Notes: generated by a model from the letters alone, not told the origin. 64,000 nucleotides of DNA from Candidatus Adlerbacteria bacterium (GCA_028286685.1 JAQBRA010000004.1:12898-76897); one strand, 5' to 3'. Positions 8,721 to 18,701 are shown, numbered from the stretch's first letter. Program-made: numbers and translations.

Positions 8721-10271
8721 ATGTTTTGGGCAGACCGCATAGCAGGGGAGATTGAGGCGAAGTTCGGCAAACAGGCCGAGCCCCTTTTGATACGGGACGA
8801 AAAGACTCTTTCCGGCCGCGTGCACGTAGGTTCCTTCCGGGGCGTCGCCATACATGGCGTCATCAGCGAAGCTCTTCAAGAGCAGGGGACACCCAACGTG
8901 TTTAGGTACGAATTTAACGACTACGACCCCATGGACGGGATACCGTCGTACCTGCCGCAAGGGGAGTACGAGCAGTATCTGGGCCTGCCGCTTAAAAATA
9001 TCCCGAGCCCGGAGCCGGGGTTTGATAACTTTGCCGAATACTACGGCGCAGAATTTAAGGCGGTCATAGAAGGCGCGGGCTTTGCTCCGGAGTTTTACCG
9101 CAGCAGCGAGCTGTATCTGTCAGGAAAGATGGACGGCGTCATACGCGAAGCCCTTGAGGGCGCAGCTGACGTGCGCCGCATATATAAAGAAGTCTCCGGT
9201 GGCACGCGCGAGGATACCTGGCTGCCCTTAAGCGTCATTTGCCCCACCTGCGGGAAACTTTCGACTACCCGCGCGAGCGACTTTGACGGCGAGACGGTTG
9301 CGGTCGAGTGCCGCGACTTGGACTGGGTAAAGGGCTGCCATTTTGCAGGCCGCGTAAGCCCGTTTGGAGGCTCTGCCAAGCTGCCCTGGAAGGTCGAGTG
9401 GCCCGCCAAGTGGAAGGTGCTGGGCGTTAAGGTAGAGGGTGCCGGCAAGGACCATTCGACCAAGGGCGGCTCGCGCGATGTGGCCAGCCATATTTCCAAA
9501 GAAGTATTCAAATACGAGCCGCCGTTTGACGTGCCGTACGAGTTTTTTCTCATAGGCGGGCAAAAGATGTCCTCGTCCAAAGGGCAGGGCTCGAGCGCCA
9601 AGGAAATATCCGACCTGCTGCCGGCCAAGCTATTCCGCCTCGCGCTGTTGTCCAAGGATATCAGTCAGGCATTCAACTTCGATCCGGAGGGAGACACGAT
9701 ACCCGTGCTCTACGATCTCTACGACAAGCTGGCCGAGGCGTACAAAGCCGGGGTTAAAGACGATTACACCCGCCTGTTCCTCTACTCGCATCCCTCTACC
9801 GCGAGGCCAAACCTCACGGTACCGGAATTTTTGATGCGCTTCAGCCAGGTGGCGTTTATCGTCCAGATGCCGCACATGGATTTAGAGAAGGAGGCGGAAA
9901 TTGTGAAAGGCGCGCCGCTCACTGATGCGGACAAGGTAGAGCTCCAAGAGCGCGCCGCTTACGCCAAGCACTGGCTTGGCGCTTATGCGCCCGAGAAGTT
10001 CGTCTTCAAGCTCCAGGAGTCGCTGCCGGAGGTTGCACAGAGTCTTCCTGAAACTGCCAAGGCTGCGCTTAAGGCACTGCACGACTTCATTGCAGCCAAA
10101 GACGCAATGCCGTCCGGCGAGGAGCTCCACGCCGAGCTGCATAAATCGAAAGAATTCAAGGCGATCTACCTGGCATTCTTGGGCAAAGAGAGCGGCCCTA
10201 AGGCCGGATGGTTCCTGTCGGTCCTCGATCGCGATTTCGTACTAAAAAGGCTTGCCTCGGCGAGCGCATAG
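8721..10271 (+). CDS. lysS: Lysine--tRNA ligase, class I
   Basis: MFWAD, SGRVHVGSFRG (HIGH-like), CPTCGK, KLPWKVEWPAKW, GKDH, KMSSSKG, GPKAG. Confidence 0.95.
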   Translation: MFWADRIAGEIEAKFGKQAEPLLIRDEKTLSGRVHVGSFRGVAIHGVISEALQEQGTPNVFRYEFNDYDPMDGIPSYLPQGEYEQYLGLPLKNIPSPEPGFDNFAEYYGAEFKAVIEGAGFAPEFYRSSELYLSGKMDGVIREALEGAADVRRIYKEVSGGTREDTWLPLSVICPTCGKLSTTRASDFDGETVAVECRDLDWVKGCHFAGRVSPFGGSAKLPWKVEWPAKWKVLGVKVEGAGKDHSTKGGSRDVASHISKEVFKYEPPFDVPYEFFLIGGQKMSSSKGQGSSAKEISDLLPAKLFRLALLSKDISQAFNFDPEGDTIPVLYDLYDKLAEAYKAGVKDDYTRLFLYSHPSTARPNLTVPEFLMRFSQVAFIVQMPHMDLEKEAEIVKGAPLTDADKVELQERAAYAKHWLGAYAPEKFVFKLQESLPEVAQSLPETAKAALKALHDFIAAKDAMPSGEELHAELHKSKEFKAIYLAFLGKESGPKAGWFLSVLDRDFVLKRLASASA

Positions 10272-10348
10272 GAGTGCGTCCCTAAAATATAAAGCCCGCC
10301 CCGAGTAGTCTCGGAGGCGGGCGTTCTTGTATGGCCTTGCGGGCCTTA

Positions 10349-10621
10349 TTACTTGATTCTCATTCCGGCGGTGGAGCTGGAACGGATATCTGGAGCAACT
10401 TTCGTCGAGGCACTGGGGTCGTTGGACCCTAAGCGCAACCAGGAAAATGGCCGCCATAACAATTTTGTAAAGAACTTTTCGCGCGGCTTGAGCAGGTACC
10501 CTTGATGGTAAACCAGGTCCAGGCAGGAGGTGGAGCAGAACTGGCGCCCCCGGCGCTCAGCGCGGACCATGCCGAAACCCCGGTTGCACCCAAGACGGCT
10601 GCATGTCTTACGTTCACACAT
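10349..10621 (-). CDS. Small Cys-rich hypothetical protein (CxxxxC...FCSxxC zinc-finger-like)
   Basis: Own promoter TTGACA-N17-TACAAC (10714-10686) and AAGGAAGGA Shine-Dalgarno. Confidence 0.55.
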   Translation of the reverse strand: MCERKTCSRLGCNRGFGMVRAERRGRQFCSTSCLDLVYHQGYLLKPREKFFTKLLWRPFSWLRLGSNDPSASTKVAPDIRSSSTAGMRIK

Positions 10622-10823
10622 CTCTTATTCCTTCCTTGTTTAAGTTTTTGGCCCTCACGCAAAACTCATACAACTCTCTGTACCTGTTGTACGCCTTAAG
10701 CTTTGACGTGTCAATTGCCTGAAGCTTACAGGAAGGGGATAAGTCCCTATTTGTTGGAGCCGAAAAAGTAAAAAGCGGGTATCCATTCTGGATATCCGCT
10801 TTGTCGAGCGTGTCTCTTGCTGC

Positions 10824-11012
10824 TTATGCAGTAACCCAGACCGCCCAAGTGAAGAAAAGTGCCGCGACGGATACGAGCAGTCCGGCGCCGAGTAGGATGG
10901 TTTTGATCCTGCAGGAGCGCTGATTTTTAGTCATCCGCTTTCGGCACCGCTTGATGCTGTCTTGCGCCGCGAACTTCGCAGTCATAACCGCCTCAAAGGT
11001 CTTGTCGTTCAT
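10824..11012 (-). CDS. Small hypothetical protein with a C-terminal TM helix
   Basis: GGAG SD before MNDKTFE; promoter TTGACA-N17-TATACT (11113-11085); downstream hairpin near 10772-10802. Confidence 0.55.
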   Translation of the reverse strand: MNDKTFEAVMTAKFAAQDSIKRCRKRMTKNQRSCRIKTILLGAGLLVSVAALFFTWAVWVTA

Positions 11013-11214
11013 GATCGTCTCCATTGGTTGTGGGAGACGCCTTTCCCTTAGTTTCCCAAACTTTTTTATACTTACTCTATTACCAGTATACACCCAGATA
11101 AGCCTTTTGTCAAGGTCTGTAAAACCCTTTGGTATAGGGCTTTTTTGACGAATACCCACAGCCCTGGCGACTCGTGTGCCAAAGGGGGGAAATGTGGATA
11201 AATACACAAGTTAA

Positions 11215-11259
11215 GTGGGGTAGGGTGGCGTACAATGTCTAGTAGTGGGATGAAGTGGG
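11215..11259 (+). promoter_or_regulatory. MraZ operator: GTGG(G) boxes with 10-bp period
   Basis: GTGG at 11215, 11225, 11245 and 11255 directly upstream of mraZ. Confidence 0.75.
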
Positions 11260-11291
11260 ATAGACCCACCCCACGAACTTCCGAAAAAACC

Positions 11292-11726
11292 ATGCTGATC
11301 GGCGAATACCTCCACACTCTCGACCCCAAGAAGCGCTTGTCGCTTCCTGCCAAATTCCGCAAGGAAGTGGGCCGCAAGGTGGTGATTACGCGCGGGCTCG
11401 ACTCCTGCCTCTTCATGTTTCCGGAGAAGGCGTGGATTAAAATCGCCCAGAAGCTCTCGGACCTGCCGGTAGGGCAGGCCGACACTAGGGGCATGGCCCG
11501 CTTCCTCTTGGCGGGAGCGGTCGAGACCGAGGTAGACGGCGCAGGCCGCATCCTCATCCCGGAGTACCTCAAGGACTTTGCCGAGCTGCGCTCGCGGGTG
11601 GTGTTGGCGGGCGTGTCCGACCGGATCGAGATCTGGAACGAGAAGACCTGGGAGGAGTACAAGCGCAAGATCGAGAAGGGAGCAGACCAGATGGCGCAAG
11701 CGCTGGGTAACATGGGGATCCTGTAA
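11292..11726 (+). CDS. mraZ: Division/cell-wall cluster repressor MraZ
   Basis: GEYLHTLDPKKRLSLPAKFR, DGAGRILIP, IEIW. Confidence 0.95.
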   Translation: MLIGEYLHTLDPKKRLSLPAKFRKEVGRKVVITRGLDSCLFMFPEKAWIKIAQKLSDLPVGQADTRGMARFLLAGAVETEVDGAGRILIPEYLKDFAELRSRVVLAGVSDRIEIWNEKTWEEYKRKIEKGADQMAQALGNMGIL

Positions 11727-11729
11727 CAT

Positions 11730-12719
11730 ATGACTACTTTTTCTTTTACGCCCGTTCGTGCATCACACCGCTCCCGTCGAGAGGAGGGCGGCGAGGGGCA
11801 TGAGCGGGCGCAAGAGCGAAAGGATGAGCCGCACGTATCGGTCATGACGGATGAAGTTTTGGCCGCACTCGAAGTAAAGAAGGGCGAGGTGGTGGTGGAC
11901 GGCACTGCAGGTGCGGGCGGCCACAGCGAGGCCTTGGCTCATGCTGCAAAAATAAAACTGATCTCGCTTGATGCCGACCCGGATGCCGTAGCGGCGGTGC
12001 AGAAGCGCCTCGGCAAGAAGGGCGCCGTCATTAACGCCAACTTCGGCGATCTTTTGGCGGTCGCCGAGAAGACCGGCATTACTTTTATAGACAAGGCGCT
12101 GTTTGACCTGGGCTGGAACCGCGGCCAGCTTACGGCCGGCCGCGGGTTTTCCTTCATGTATGACGAGCCGCTCTCGATGAGCTACGGCCCGAAGGCCCGC
12201 TCCGGCTTTACGGCCGCCGAGATGCTCAATACTTTTACCGAAAAGGCCCTGGCCGACATCTTCTTTGGCTACGGCGAGGAGCGCTATGCGCGCCGCATCG
12301 CCAAGGTGATAGTGGAGCGCCGCGAAGAGAAGCCTCTTGCGACCACGCTTGAGCTTGTGGAGCTTATCAAGGACTCGGTGCCCGCGGCCTACCGCCGGGG
12401 GCGGCTCCACCCGGCGACGCGCTCCTTCCAGGGGCTGCGCATTGCGGTCAACGACGAGCTGGGGGCGCTAGAGCAGGGGATTGAGGCAGCTTGGAAACTC
12501 CTAGCCCCGGGCGGACGCATCGCAGTCATTACCTTCCACTCAATTGAGGATCGGGCCGTCAAGAGATTATTTGCGAAGTTCGCCAAGGGAGGGGGCGGGG
12601 AAAAAGGAAGGCTCTTATACAAAAAACCCCTCGTCGCTTCCGCCGCTGAAATTAAACGCAATCCGCCGAGCCGATCCGCCAAGCTTCGCGCAATCGAAAA
12701 AATATGCCCACAAGAATAA
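11730..12719 (+). CDS. rsmH: 16S rRNA m4C1402 methyltransferase RsmH
   Basis: HVSVM, DGTAGAGGH, RGFSF, YGEER, HPATRSFQGLRIAVNDEL, FHSIEDR, RSAKLR. Confidence 0.95.
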   Translation: MTTFSFTPVRASHRSRREEGGEGHERAQERKDEPHVSVMTDEVLAALEVKKGEVVVDGTAGAGGHSEALAHAAKIKLISLDADPDAVAAVQKRLGKKGAVINANFGDLLAVAEKTGITFIDKALFDLGWNRGQLTAGRGFSFMYDEPLSMSYGPKARSGFTAAEMLNTFTEKALADIFFGYGEERYARRIAKVIVERREEKPLATTLELVELIKDSVPAAYRRGRLHPATRSFQGLRIAVNDELGALEQGIEAAWKLLAPGGRIAVITFHSIEDRAVKRLFAKFAKGGGGEKGRLLYKKPLVASAAEIKRNPPSRSAKLRAIEKICPQE

Positions 12720-13027
12720 ACCCACTGACGCTCTACCGCCTCTATGTCCGCCGCGTGGTGGCCGCTCTGGGCGCCGCTATCGCAGTCTGCGCGTTCATGT
12801 ACGGATTCTTTCTGCTTGAGGCGGTCTCGCATGCGGCAAGCCAGGCCCAGGCGCGCCGCGAAGTCGGCCAGCTTTCTTCCAAAGTGGGAAAGCTCCAGGC
12901 GCAGTACCTCGCCGCAACCAAGGCTCTTACTCCCGAGCGCGCCCGCGCGATGGGCTTCGTCGAGCCGGCGCACGTCGCTACCGTGTATGCGGACGCGCAT
13001 GCGCTCACGCTCTCGGCTAACCGGTAG
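12704..13027 (+). CDS. ftsL: FtsL-like cell division protein
   Basis: TM helix plus coiled coil plus ARAMGFVEP; lies between rsmH and ftsI. Confidence 0.65.
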   Translation: MPTRINPLTLYRLYVRRVVAALGAAIAVCAFMYGFFLLEAVSHAASQAQARREVGQLSSKVGKLQAQYLAATKALTPERARAMGFVEPAHVATVYADAHALTLSANR

Positions 13028-13042
13028 TACAATAAGGGAAGT

Positions 13043-14578
13043 ATGTCGTCCCGATTTGTCCTGCGCGTCCGGCTTTTGACCGCGCTTCTGATACTGGTGG
13101 CCCTCGTCATTGTCGGCAAGCTCTACTTTTTGCAGGTGGTGCACGGACAGGACTACGCTCGCCGCGCGGACGCCCAGATTATTGCTACGCACAACCCGCT
13201 GCTTAACCGCGGCGCAATTTACTTTACGGACAAGGACGGCACGCCGATCTTGGCCGCGACCCTGCGCGAGCTGGGCGACGCTTCTACGACTTCCGAAGAC
13301 GGCAATCACCAGCGCTACTATCCGGGCGGTTCCTTGTCGGCCCGGACGCTCGGCTTTGTGGCCTACAACAATGACGACGAGCAGAAGGGACGCTACGGCC
13401 TGGAGCGATATTACGACCCGGTCCTGGGCCGCTCCTCCGATAACCTGTACCGCAACTTCTTCGTCGAGCTCTTCGGCGCGGCGCAGGACGTGCTGAGCGG
13501 CAAAGGCCAGAAAGGCGACCTCGTAACCACTATCGAGCCGTCGGTGCAGGGTGAGCTTGAGCGAACCCTCCTGGAGTACGAGGAGACCTGGCACCCCTCG
13601 CTCTCGGGCGGCATCGTCATGGATCCGCACACGGGCGCCATTGTCGCCATGGCCGTATCGCCGACCTTCGATCTCAACCATTTCAACAAGGAAGACGATC
13701 CGACCATTTACGCCAATCCCATAGCCGAAAACGTCTACGAGCTCGGCTCGATCATGAAGCCGCTTACGGTCGCTGCCGGGCTCGACTCGGGCAGCATTAC
13801 TGAAACTACGACCTATAACGACACCGGCTGCATCACGGTCGACACCAAGAAGATCTGCAACTTCGACGCGGAGGCGCGCGGCGTCATTCCCGTGCAGGAA
13901 ATCCTCAGCCAGTCCCTAAACGTCGGCGCCTCGTTCGTGGCAACCAAGATGGGCCCTGAAATAATGCGCGACTACTTTTTAAACAAGTACAAGTTCAACG
14001 AGGAAACGGGCATCGACCTGCCGGGCGAGGTGCGCGGGCTTACCCAGAATCTCGAGGACGGCCGGGCGGTGGAGTTCGATACGGCGTCCTTCGGCCAGGG
14101 CATTGCCGTAACGCCCATTGAGATGGCGCGGGCGCTGGCGACCCTCGCCAACGGCGGCAAGCTGGTAACGCCGCACTTAGGGGCCGCCATCAAGGAAGAG
14201 AGCGGGATTACCCGCGAGCTGGGCTGGGGCGAGCCCGCACAGGTGCTAAAGCCGCAGACCGCTACTGCCATTAGCCGCATGCTGACCCAGGTGGTCGACA
14301 CGGCGCTCGCCAATGGCGACCTAAAGCTCGAGCGCTACAGCATTGCAGCCAAGACCGGCACGGCCCAGATTGCGGACCCCTCTGGCGGCGGCTACTACAA
14401 GGACCGGTACCTGCACAGCTTCTTCGGGTACTTCCCGAGCTATGACGCCAAGTTCCTGGTATTCCTGTTTGCGGTGGAGCCGCGCGGGGCACCCTTTGCC
14501 TCCCAGACCTGGGCCCCGCCGTTTAAGTCCTTGACCCAGTTTCTGATCAACTACTACAACATCCCGCCGGACCGGTAA
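13043..14578 (+). CDS. ftsI: Septal class B PBP (FtsI/PBP3)
   Basis: RGAIY, RYYP, GRYGLE, YELGSIMK (SxxK), SLNVG (SxN), KTGTAQ; dcw position. Confidence 0.9.
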   Translation: MSSRFVLRVRLLTALLILVALVIVGKLYFLQVVHGQDYARRADAQIIATHNPLLNRGAIYFTDKDGTPILAATLRELGDASTTSEDGNHQRYYPGGSLSARTLGFVAYNNDDEQKGRYGLERYYDPVLGRSSDNLYRNFFVELFGAAQDVLSGKGQKGDLVTTIEPSVQGELERTLLEYEETWHPSLSGGIVMDPHTGAIVAMAVSPTFDLNHFNKEDDPTIYANPIAENVYELGSIMKPLTVAAGLDSGSITETTTYNDTGCITVDTKKICNFDAEARGVIPVQEILSQSLNVGASFVATKMGPEIMRDYFLNKYKFNEETGIDLPGEVRGLTQNLEDGRAVEFDTASFGQGIAVTPIEMARALATLANGGKLVTPHLGAAIKEESGITRELGWGEPAQVLKPQTATAISRMLTQVVDTALANGDLKLERYSIAAKTGTAQIADPSGGGYYKDRYLHSFFGYFPSYDAKFLVFLFAVEPRGAPFASQTWAPPFKSLTQFLINYYNIPPDR

Positions 14579-14634
14579 CTACCCTGAAAAGCGGGCAGGG
14601 CGGGGTAGGGTAGAATATATAAAACAGAAAAAAC

Positions 14635-15942
14635 ATGCGCACTATTTTCAAATCGATCATCGTTTGGATCCTGCAGATGGAGGCCAAGGCAGTATTGCGC
14701 AAGTATCAGCCAAAGGTGGTTGCTATTACCGGCAGCGTCGGCAAGACCTCGACCAAGGATGCGGTGTACGCCGTGCTTTCTAAGAAATTCCACGTTCGCA
14801 AAAGCGAAAAGAGCTTTAATTCAGAAGTGGGCGTGCCGCTTACGATACTGGGCTTGGGCAACGCCTGGGGCAACCCCTTGCACTGGCTGCAGAACATCAT
14901 CGACGGCCTCTCTCTTATACTGACTACGCACAGCTATCCGGAGTGGCTGGTCTTGGAAGTGGGGGCCGATCGGCCCGGCGACATCAAGTCGCTTTCCTCG
15001 TGGATCAAGGTAGACGTGGCGATTATTACGCGGCTTCCGGAAGTGCCGGTGCATGTGGAGTTCTTTGACTCGGTAGAAGCGGTCATTGAGGAAAAGGCCT
15101 CGCTCATGGACGCGGTGCGTCCTGGAGGCGCGATACTTCTATATGCCGATGACGAGCGCACCAAGAAATTGCAGCAACGCCTGCCGGCGCCCGATGCGCG
15201 CATCGTGCTGTTCGGCTTTAGCGACGAGACCGACGTGTGGGCGAGCAAGTTTGAAGTCGTGCGCGAGGAAGGGAAGGAGTCCTGGCCGATAGGCATGCGG
15301 GCGAATATTTCTGTCGAGGGCGAGTCGGCGCCCGTGCAGATCATCGGTTCTCTGGGCACCCATGCCTTTCTGTCGGCGGTAGCCGCAGCGGCTGCGGGCC
15401 ATGTGCTCGGGGTGAGCCTTCCTGATATTGTCGCGGGGCTCGAGGGTTATGAACCGCCTCCGGGCCGCGTGCGGATATTGCCCGGCATCAAGGATACGCT
15501 GATTCTCGACGATACTTATAACGCCTCGCCGGCGGCGACCATAGCTGCGCTCGATGCGCTCAAGCTGACGGCCCCCAAGGGCCGCGCCATTGCCGTCCTG
15601 GGTGACATGTTGGAACTTGGCCGCGTGTCGGTAGAAGAGCATCGCAAGGTGGGGGCCAAGGCGGCGCAGGTTGCCGATCTTTTGATAGTGGTGGGCGTGC
15701 GGGCGCGCGATATTGCCATGGGGGCACTCGACAATGGCATGAAGGACGAGAATATCTTGCAATTTGAGGACTCTCAAAAGGCCGGTGCCGAGCTCCAGAA
15801 TATGCTTCTGGATCATGACGCCATTTTGGTCAAAGGCTCGCAATCCGTGCGCATGGAGCGCGTGGTCGAGGAAATTATGCAGGAGCCGGAGCGGGCAGGG
15901 GAGCTTTTAGTGAGACAAGACTTAGAGTGGAAAAAGCGCTAG
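14635..15942 (+). CDS. murF: UDP-N-acetylmuramoyl-tripeptide--D-Ala-D-Ala ligase
   Basis: ITGSVGKTSTK, FNSEVGVP, DDTYNASP, LGDMLELG, VKGSQ. Confidence 0.93.
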   Translation: MRTIFKSIIVWILQMEAKAVLRKYQPKVVAITGSVGKTSTKDAVYAVLSKKFHVRKSEKSFNSEVGVPLTILGLGNAWGNPLHWLQNIIDGLSLILTTHSYPEWLVLEVGADRPGDIKSLSSWIKVDVAIITRLPEVPVHVEFFDSVEAVIEEKASLMDAVRPGGAILLYADDERTKKLQQRLPAPDARIVLFGFSDETDVWASKFEVVREEGKESWPIGMRANISVEGESAPVQIIGSLGTHAFLSAVAAAAAGHVLGVSLPDIVAGLEGYEPPPGRVRILPGIKDTLILDDTYNASPAATIAALDALKLTAPKGRAIAVLGDMLELGRVSVEEHRKVGAKAAQVADLLIVVGVRARDIAMGALDNGMKDENILQFEDSQKAGAELQNMLLDHDAILVKGSQSVRMERVVEEIMQEPERAGELLVRQDLEWKKR

Positions 15943-16003
15943 GTGGGACAAAGCCCTAACGATTTGCTATTATCGGATAAGTAACATGTTCTAAGGGGTA
16001 GAA

Positions 16004-16207
16004 ATGAACCGTGCAAGCGAAAAAGCTATCCGGCGCAGCTGGGAGCATGACCTTAGGAGTCATCCTCTGGGCAGCATCCAAACTGGTCCGAGCAAGGAGG
16101 AGCTCCGAGCGCAGGCAGAAGCGCTTACTGTCGGCGTTACGGTAACGGTCTGCAGGGCCTCGTACAGAAAATCGGACCTCCGTAAACGAGCAGGCGGCTA
16201 TAAATAA
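16004..16207 (+). CDS. Small hypothetical protein
   Basis: 67 aa, AAGGGG SD-like sequence, followed by a hairpin (agcgcggac..gtccgcgct) and T-run. Confidence 0.4.
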   Translation: MNRASEKAIRRSWEHDLRSHPLGSIQTGPSKEELRAQAEALTVGVTVTVCRASYRKSDLRKRAGGYK

Positions 16208-16320
16208 GAAGATAGCGCGGACACGGTCCGCGCTTTTCTTTTGGCCCAAATTGTCGTACATTGTTCTGGTACGTTCGGTATGGCCTGCGATTAATTAAGT
16301 CGGGTCTAAGGTAGAAATAG

Positions 16321-16392
16321 GGCCCTATCGTCTAATGGTTAGGACAGTTCCCTCTCACGGAACAAATCGGGGTTCGAATCCCCGTAGGGTCA
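16321..16392 (+). tRNA. tRNA-Glu (anticodon CTC)
   Basis: Acceptor ggcccta/tagggtc, anticodon arm gttcc-ctCTCac-ggaac, T-arm GGTTCGAATCC; no encoded CCA. Confidence 0.93.
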
Positions 16393-16454
16393 CACGATCG
16401 AAAAACTCCGGCTTTGGCCGGGGTTTTTCGTATCGCCGTGATGCCTGGGAGGCA

Positions 16455-16545
16455 GATTCGAAAGGCGCAGGCACGACGGTGCCGAGCCGGGGTCGCGAGA
16501 TTTTCTAGCAGGAAAATACTTGTGACCGAATCCCCGTAGGGTCAC
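16455..16545 (+). repeat. Structured element A, ending in a 19-bp copy of the tRNA-Glu 3' end
   Basis: cgaatccccgtagggtcac at 16375-16393 and 16527-16545; internal hairpins ggcac-GACG-gtgcc and attttct-AGCA-ggaaaat. Confidence 0.75.
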
Positions 16546-16582
16546 AAAAGACACAAACACCTGCCCTGCGGCAGGTTTTGTG

Positions 16583-16699
16583 CTTTTGTGACAGGCGCAG
16601 CGATGTTTTGCACTGGCAAAACCGCGAGCCGGGGCCGGCAAGCAAAATCGCTGACGAGCGATTTTGACTTGTGGCCAGGCTGACGGGCGGTCACAAAAG
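16583..16699 (+). repeat. Structured element B (same family as A)
   Basis: cttttgtgac...gtcacaaaag closing stem; AGGCGCA-hairpin-GAGCCGGGG-hairpin-ACTTGTGGCC layout shared with A. Confidence 0.7.
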
Positions 16700-16892
16700 A
16701 AAAACCCGGCGCCTTCGTGGCGCCGGGTTCGGTTTTATGCAAATTGCGCCTGCGGCGACGGCACTACGGGCGTAAGCACGACCGACGTAGTCGCTCTCTT
16801 CCCGACTTTTCAGGAAATATAATTTCCGACGGTAAATGAAAAGAGAAAGGCCCGCGCAAATGGTGCGCGGGCCTCATGCTTCTGCGTGCAGA

Positions 16893-17234
16893 CTAGATCA
16901 AATCGATCTGCTCCGCGTTTTCGGTATTGACCAGTGGGAACCGGTCGAGCCGGGCTTGTACCTGCTCGTCGGCAGACTTTACAGGAGGGCCGTCGAGCCC
17001 GAGTCCGGTAAAAGGCTCGATGTCTCGCTCGTTCGCTGCGCCGGTGATGCGCCCTGCGAGCGCGATTGCCGCAGCCACATCTTCAGACGATCGGGCGTAC
17101 GCATCGGAGTTATCGTTCGGAACTCCAAAGCGCCGCCTTGGACGAACCGGGCCTCTCCTTAGATTCTGCCCGAGCCTCCATAGACTATTGCGAAGTTCAG
17201 GATCTTCAATGTCGGTTAACCTTGAGCGTTCCAT
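16893..17234 (-). CDS. Hypothetical protein
   Basis: Promoter TTGACT-N17-TATAAT (17326-17298), GAGGA SD, downstream hairpin near 16848-16874. Confidence 0.6.
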   Translation of the reverse strand: MERSRLTDIEDPELRNSLWRLGQNLRRGPVRPRRRFGVPNDNSDAYARSSEDVAAAIALAGRITGAANERDIEPFTGLGLDGPPVKSADEQVQARLDRFPLVNTENAEQIDLI

Positions 17235-17356
17235 GACTTCCTCGCAGATTCGAGAAATCTCCGAGGGTGACGCGAAACAAACAACCCCTCTGTATTAATT
17301 ATACTCCACTTGACTATGAAAGTCAAGCGATACAAGGGGCGGTTGGGGATAGCTGC

Positions 17357-17809
17357 TTAGGCGAACATGCCGTCGACTACCTCTTTGACGATGGTGCCGT
17401 CGGCCTTGCCCTTCAAATCCTTCATAAGCGCGCCCATAAGCTGGTTGGCGCCGGTCTTATCGCTCACGTTCATTTCAGCGGCCTTGGCGGTTGCGGCAGC
17501 GACGATCTCCTCGCGGCTCATTTGGGCGGGGAGCATGATCTCGAGTATCGCGAGCTCGGCCTTCTCGCCCTCCGCGAGCTCTGGGCGGCCGCCAGCCTCA
17601 AACTGCTGGATAGAGTCCTTGCGCTGCTTGGCGGCGCGCATAACGACGGTCAGCACCTCCTCGTCGGTGAGGACGCCGTCGGGGCCGTAGCCCTTGGTTA
17701 CCGATTCGTTGGTGCAGTTGCTCATGAGACCGCGCACGACGCCGAGCTTAACGGAATCCTTGGCGCGCATGGCGTCCTTCATCATCTCCTTGAGGTCTGC
17801 TTGAGTCAT
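17357..17809 (-). CDS. yqeY: GatB/YqeY domain protein
   Basis: MKDAMRAKD, KQRKDSIQQFEAGGR.ELAE.EKAELAIL..LP, MGALMK.LKGKADG. Confidence 0.9.
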   Translation of the reverse strand: MTQADLKEMMKDAMRAKDSVKLGVVRGLMSNCTNESVTKGYGPDGVLTDEEVLTVVMRAAKQRKDSIQQFEAGGRPELAEGEKAELAILEIMLPAQMSREEIVAAATAKAAEMNVSDKTGANQLMGALMKDLKGKADGTIVKEVVDGMFA

Positions 17810-17894
17810 AATTTTATATAAAATGGTATGGCTATAGCTTACCAGATGTGGTACTTTGCGGCTAGGAGAACCTTACACACGAAAGGAGGCGACA

Positions 17895-18632
17895 ATGCAT
17901 GCCCACAGGCTCGGAGATACCGCTTTTATCGTAAGCGATGACGGCGCCGTAAAGCGCACCATCGTAAGCAGCGTCGGCAAAGAGGGGAACATCAGGCTGC
18001 TCGACCGCGCATACGGGCAAGTATGCACGACCTTTGTCGAGGCGCTTGCAGCCGCGACGGCAAAGCTCAAGGAAAAGGAGCGCAAGCTCCAGGACGAGCT
18101 CGGCCCGCTTCAGGCATTGATCGCCCGCCTTTCTTCGCCAGAGTACGAGGAGGAAGTCATGGGCGGCCCGCTCTTGCGCACGAGCACGGCTTCTTTCTTG
18201 GCGGACAGCCCTGAAGTCGTGGAGCTTCCCGCTCCTGAGAGCTATATGGAACCGGGGCAGAAAGTCTTCTGCGCTATCGTCCCCGGCACTCATAACGGAA
18301 TGATTCCCCATTACCGGCCACACCCGTACTTCGTTCTCGAATCCGAAATAGCCGAGACGATCCTCGTCGAGCGGGGCAGGGTAGCCTACCGGATCGACTC
18401 CCACTATCATCCCTCGTCGGGCAGCATCTTTATCGACCCGGAAGAGGCCAAGAAGAAGCTGGTTTCGGTTTTTGAAACGGAAACCGGCGGCACTCTTCCT
18501 TCTGAGAACGTCAGGATAGTTTCCCGGGAACAGGAGAAGCAGGGCTCAAAGAGCTCCTTTGATCGCGTGGCCGGCCAGGTCAGCGGCAGGCCGGCAAACC
18601 CGCTGCTTGAGCCGCTTAGCGACTCAACCTAG
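17895..18632 (+). CDS. Hypothetical protein
   Basis: AAGGAGG SD before ATG 17895; followed by a hairpin terminator near 18640-18678. Confidence 0.65.
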   Translation: MHAHRLGDTAFIVSDDGAVKRTIVSSVGKEGNIRLLDRAYGQVCTTFVEALAAATAKLKEKERKLQDELGPLQALIARLSSPEYEEEVMGGPLLRTSTASFLADSPEVVELPAPESYMEPGQKVFCAIVPGTHNGMIPHYRPHPYFVLESEIAETILVERGRVAYRIDSHYHPSSGSIFIDPEEAKKKLVSVFETETGGTLPSENVRIVSREQEKQGSKSSFDRVAGQVSGRPANPLLEPLSDST

Positions 18633-18701
18633 TCGGCTCATCCCGCCGCGATACACAAATCGCGGCGGGATTTTCTTTTATAAAAAAGTTACAATGGGTG
18701 T

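Noticed and set aside
8721-10271. Class I LysRS as another alphaproteobacterial acquisition
   Set aside because: Class I LysRS occurs in archaea and several bacterial groups including CPR, and this gene uses the native leaderless layout.
16393-16740. Possible CRISPR array in the repeat-rich region after tRNA-Glu
   Set aside because: There are no regularly spaced identical repeats with unique spacers and no cas genes; the region is nested hairpins.
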